64,000 bases of DNA, from the NCBI GenBank assembly GCA_030390025.1, contig CM059431.1:149236001-149300000 (forward strand), written 5' to 3'. Positions within the stretch are counted from its first letter, which is position 1, and the number at the start of each line of letters is the position of its first letter. A model generated the notes under the pieces. It had not been told where the DNA came from. It searched no databases and was given only the letters and a program-made list of their open reading frames with translations. Shown in pieces: positions 60,220 through 64,000 of this stretch. A program made the position numbers and the translations under genes. Source of the DNA: Squalus acanthias (Eukaryota).

Positions 60220-62305
60220 TCACATATTTAGAAACGATAGAGAGAGGGAAAAAGGGGAGGTGGAGTTGCTGTACTTCTTAGGGATACCATAATGGCAGTA
60301 GATAAAAGTGACGCAAGTATCAGCAAGACAGAAATAGAATACTTGTGTATAGAGATAAAAGCTAATAAATGATCAATCACACTAATGGCGTATTAAACAG
60401 ACCACCTAATAGTGGAAGAGAGTTGGAGGAAGAAAAATGCAGACAAATTCAGGAAATTAGTGAAGAAAATAGAATAATAATCATGGGGGATTTCAAAATA
60501 CCCACATATAAATTGGACAAAACAATCGGGTAAAAGGAATAAGGGAATCAAGTTTCTACAGTGTGTTCAAGACTCCTTTGTAAGCCCAACAAGGGAGTAT
60601 TCACTATTGGATCGAGTAATGTGAAATGACACGGAGCAGATAACAAAAGTTAAAGTCGGGGAACATACAGGCAATAGTGACCATAATAACACGCTTTAAG
60701 ATAATAATTGAGATGGGCATATGTGTGACAACGACAACAACAATAGATTGGAGAGCTGCCGATATTGAGGGGCTGAGAATGAAACTTAGGAAACAAAATG
60801 GACAACATTCGCAACAATGATGTAGAACGTCAATGGGAAACTTTGGTAACAGTGTTCAACAGAGTCCAGGAAATGAATATTCTGCTAATAAACAAGAACA
60901 AGCTAAACACTAATGAGACACCGTGTATGAATAAAGCCATAATGTAAAAAATTAGCTGAAGGAAAGCGGCATACATTCACTACATGGACAACAGGGGAGA
61001 GTATGGTAAGGGAGAATATGAAGGCTTCAAAAGGGAAGTAAAAAAAAAACCATTAGGAAGACAAACATGAAGTAGGAAATTAAATTATCAAGGAACGAAT
61101 AAAAGTTAAATATTTTACAGGCAAATCAATAGATAAAGGTATGTTTTGATCGGAATAGGGACACGAAGCGATGGAGAGGATAATAACACAGGCAGCAATA
61201 GAGAGTTGGCAGAAAGTAGGGATAAAGGGTAGCTAATCAGCCTGGCAGAAGGAGGGTAGTGGTGTTCTACAAGGATCACTGCTGGGACTACTGTTGTCCA
61301 GAACTTATATTAACGATTTAGATTTTGGAACCAAAAACATAATTTCAAAATGTGTGGACGACAGGAATTTGGAGGGGATGGCCAACACTGAGGAGGACAG
61401 CAACAAATTACAAGAAGACCTTAATAAACTTGCAGAATTGGCATATAATTAGCAAATGACATTCAACACAGATAAATGTGAGGTATTACATTTTGTTATG
61501 ACAAATAGGGAGGTCACATATTACTTGGAAAATAGGATTCCAAAATGGGGCAGAGGTGCAAAGGGATCTAAGAGTACAAATATACAAATCGTTGAAAATT
61601 ATCGACACAGGCTAAAAAGGCCATACAAAAAGCAACCCAACCACTATGATTTATTTCTAGAGGGATAGAATTGTAGAGTAGTGAAGTTATGCCAAACTTT
61701 GTATCGAACATTGGTGTGGACTTGATTAGATCAAAATTGGATTACTATATGCATTGCTGGTCGCCATAGTATAAAAAAAGGACATGAAGGCACTGGAGAG
61801 GGTGCAGAGACGATTTACAAAGATGATACCAGAAATGCGAGGGTACACATATCATGAAAGGATGAACACACTGGATATCTTTTCACTTGAAAATAAAAGG
61901 CTGAGGGCTGACCCAATAGAAGTCTTTAAATCATGAAAGATTTTGACAGAATAAATGCAGAGAGAATGTTTCCACTTTTGGGAAGAGGAAAACTAGAGTT
62001 CATCAATATAAGATAGTCACCAAGAAATCAAATAGGGAATTCAGAGTAAACTTATTTATGCAGAGAGTGATGAGAATGTGGAACACGCTACCACTGCGAA
62101 TGGCTGTAGCGAATATTATGGATGCATTTAAGGGGCGGTTTGATAAGCTTAAAAGTGAGAAGGGAATAGAGGGTTATGCTGATAGAATTAAATGAGGAAA
62201 GACGGGTGGAGGCTCGAGTGGAGCATAAATACCGGTCTAGACTGGTTGGGTCAAATGGCCTATTTCTGTCCCGAATATCCAATATAATCCTATGTAATCC
62301 TATGA
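60220..62305 (+). mobile_element. Old CR1 ORF2 with internal deletion and tail
   Basis: IIIMGDF, GNSDHN, FNTDKCEVLHF; tail aatcctatgtaatcctatg. Confidence 0.82.
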
Positions 62306-62450
62306 AACCCTTGCAATTACTTTACTCCTCTAGGCTTTCTGTAGTAGTGGGCTCTCAGCATTAGACAAAAGCTTCCCTTATTTCCATTCTTCTTCCCTGT
62401 ATGCTTTTTGACATCCAGTGGGCCCTAAATTTGAGAGTCTCATCCTTTTT

Positions 62451-62885
62451 GTCAGCTGTGGATCGGTTGGTTGCACACTCGCCTCTGAGTCAGAAGTTTT
62501 GGGTTCAAGTCATATAAAACAATGCTGACACTCCAGTGCAGTGCTGAGGGATTGCTGCACTGTCGGAGGTAACGTCTTTCGGATGAGACTTTAAACGTCG
62601 GCCCCGTCTGCTCCATCAGGTGGACGTAAAAATGCCAATGGCACTATTTCGATGAAGAGCAGTTGAGGTGTCCTGGCAAATATTTATCCCTGAATCAACA
62701 TAACAAATCAGATTATCTGGTCATTTACACGGTACTATTTGTGGGAGCTTGTTGTGTGCAAATTGGCAGCCGCGTTTCCTACAATACAGCAGTGACTAAA
62801 CTTCAACAGTACTCATTGGCTGTAAGCGCTTTAAGACGTCCTGTGGTCGTGAAAGGCGCTATATAATTGCAAGTCTTTCCTTTCC
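62451..62885 (+). mobile_element. Full-length DeuSINE-like SINE (SacSINE1/AmnSINE-related)
   Basis: tRNA-like head (ggttcaagtc), central gtcggaggt..cgtctttcggatgagac.ttaaac...atggcactatttcga.gaagagcag domain recalled as the Deu domain, and tctttcctttc tail. Confidence 0.78.
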
Positions 62886-63450
62886 GTTTTTCTTTGGGGG
62901 AACATATTTGCTCTGAACCCTCACTATCTCCTCCTTGAATGCCCCCCATTGCTCTGACAGGGGTTTACCTTCAAGTAGCTGTTTCCAATTCACTTTTGCT
63001 AAGTTGCAGCTCAGCTTAGTAAAATTGGCATTTCCCCAATTGAAAACGTTTGCACCTGGTCTATCTTTGTCCTTTTTCATAAGGGAGAATTTATTATAGA
63101 TATTAGAATTGTTGATTGGATTTCATAGTGCGCATAATTTGAATTGTTTTCCAGTGGCTGAAACTTGGGTAACCAGAGTACACAGAACTAAGTTAATAGG
63201 CAAAAGACCCAGAGGCGAGATGAGGATATTTAACTTTTTGCAGTGAGTTGATGTGATCTGGAATGCACTGTCTGAGAACGTGGTGGAAGGAGATTCAGGA
63301 GTAACTATCGAAAGGGAGTGGGATAATTAGTAGAATGGAATTTTTTTTACCGGGCTCTGGCTAATGTGTAGGAATAATGTGACAGCTCTTTCAAAGAGAA
63401 GACCCTGGCACGATGGGCCGAATGTCATCCTACTGTGCTGTACCATTCTT
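62886..63450. mobile_element. CR1 fragments (minus 62886-63085; plus ~63140-63450)
   Basis: KDKDRPG..FNWGNANF; 3' end ggcacgatgggccgaatg...tgtaccattct. Confidence 0.72.
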
Positions 63451-63639
63451 TGACACTATGAGCAAGAGACAGAGAGAGAGAAGGGGGATAGTGAGACACG
63501 GAGACAAAGAAAAATAGAGACAGAAATACTAGGAGAGGTACAGCAGGGAAGAAATTAAATTAAAAGGGAATTGGATAAATACTTAAAGGGTAACAATTTG
63601 AAGGACAATGGAAAAAGAACAGGGAAATTGGAATAATTG

Positions 63640-64000
63640 GAAGGGGTGAGGCCATGGTGGGATTTGATCTTAAGGATGAGAATATTAAGATAGTGGCCTT
63701 TCCTGATCGGGAGCATATGGTGATCAGTGAGCAAAGGAGTGATGGGTGAACGGGACATGATGCGATTTAGGAGTTTTAGATGAGCTCGAGTTTATGGAGG
63801 CTTGTAACTGGGAGGCCATCCAGAAGAGTATTGGAATAGTCGGAGTGAGCTTAAACAAAGGCGCGGGTGAGGTTTTATGCTGCGGACGGGCTGAGGAGGT
63901 GCGGAGACGGATGATATTTTGGAGGTGGTAGTCGGCAGAACTGATGGTTCAGAGGATATGTGGTCGGACTCAGCACAGGCTGAAAGTGAACGCCATGGTT
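63640..64000 (-). mobile_element. L2-clade LINE fragment, runs off the window
   Basis: SRSPITPLLTDHHMLP...ILILK; the reverse strand encodes LRLYSNTLLDGL-like RT C-terminus. Confidence 0.72.

Overview
Eukaryotic, repeat-saturated vertebrate DNA. The repeat families and the GPCR type point to a cartilaginous fish (shark-like); this is inference from family resemblance, not a database result. No intact protein-coding gene is evident. Host-derived genes are a C2H2 zinc-finger pseudogene (minus strand, ~19.1-20.0 kb) and a two-exon GPR139/GPR142-like class A GPCR pseudogene (minus, 30.4-34.2 kb) with a nonsense codon and a Penelope element in coding exon 1. The rest is nested mobile DNA: many CR1 LINEs, an RTE LINE, a near full-length Tx1 LINE, a PIF/Harbinger transposon, two solo LTRs, Penelope fragments with hammerhead-ribozyme motifs, tRNA-derived SINEs (including DeuSINE-like copies) and several minisatellites. 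The most notable observations are: (1) a full-length CR1 with a tRNA-Lys copy at its 5' end inside the same insertion; (2) an 11.2-kb CR1+Tx1 block that splits a single SINE, with a 40-nt leader shared by both LINEs; (3) a 27-bp-period array of YY1 motifs in a CpG-rich island; (4) hammerhead motifs in Penelope termini; (5) tandem decayed copies of the GPCR exon-1/splice-donor module. I cannot support a claim of a wholly new biological system from sequence alone. Most long ORFs in the track are LINE fragments or low-complexity artefacts. Element boundaries were read by eye and are approximate unless a junction is quoted.
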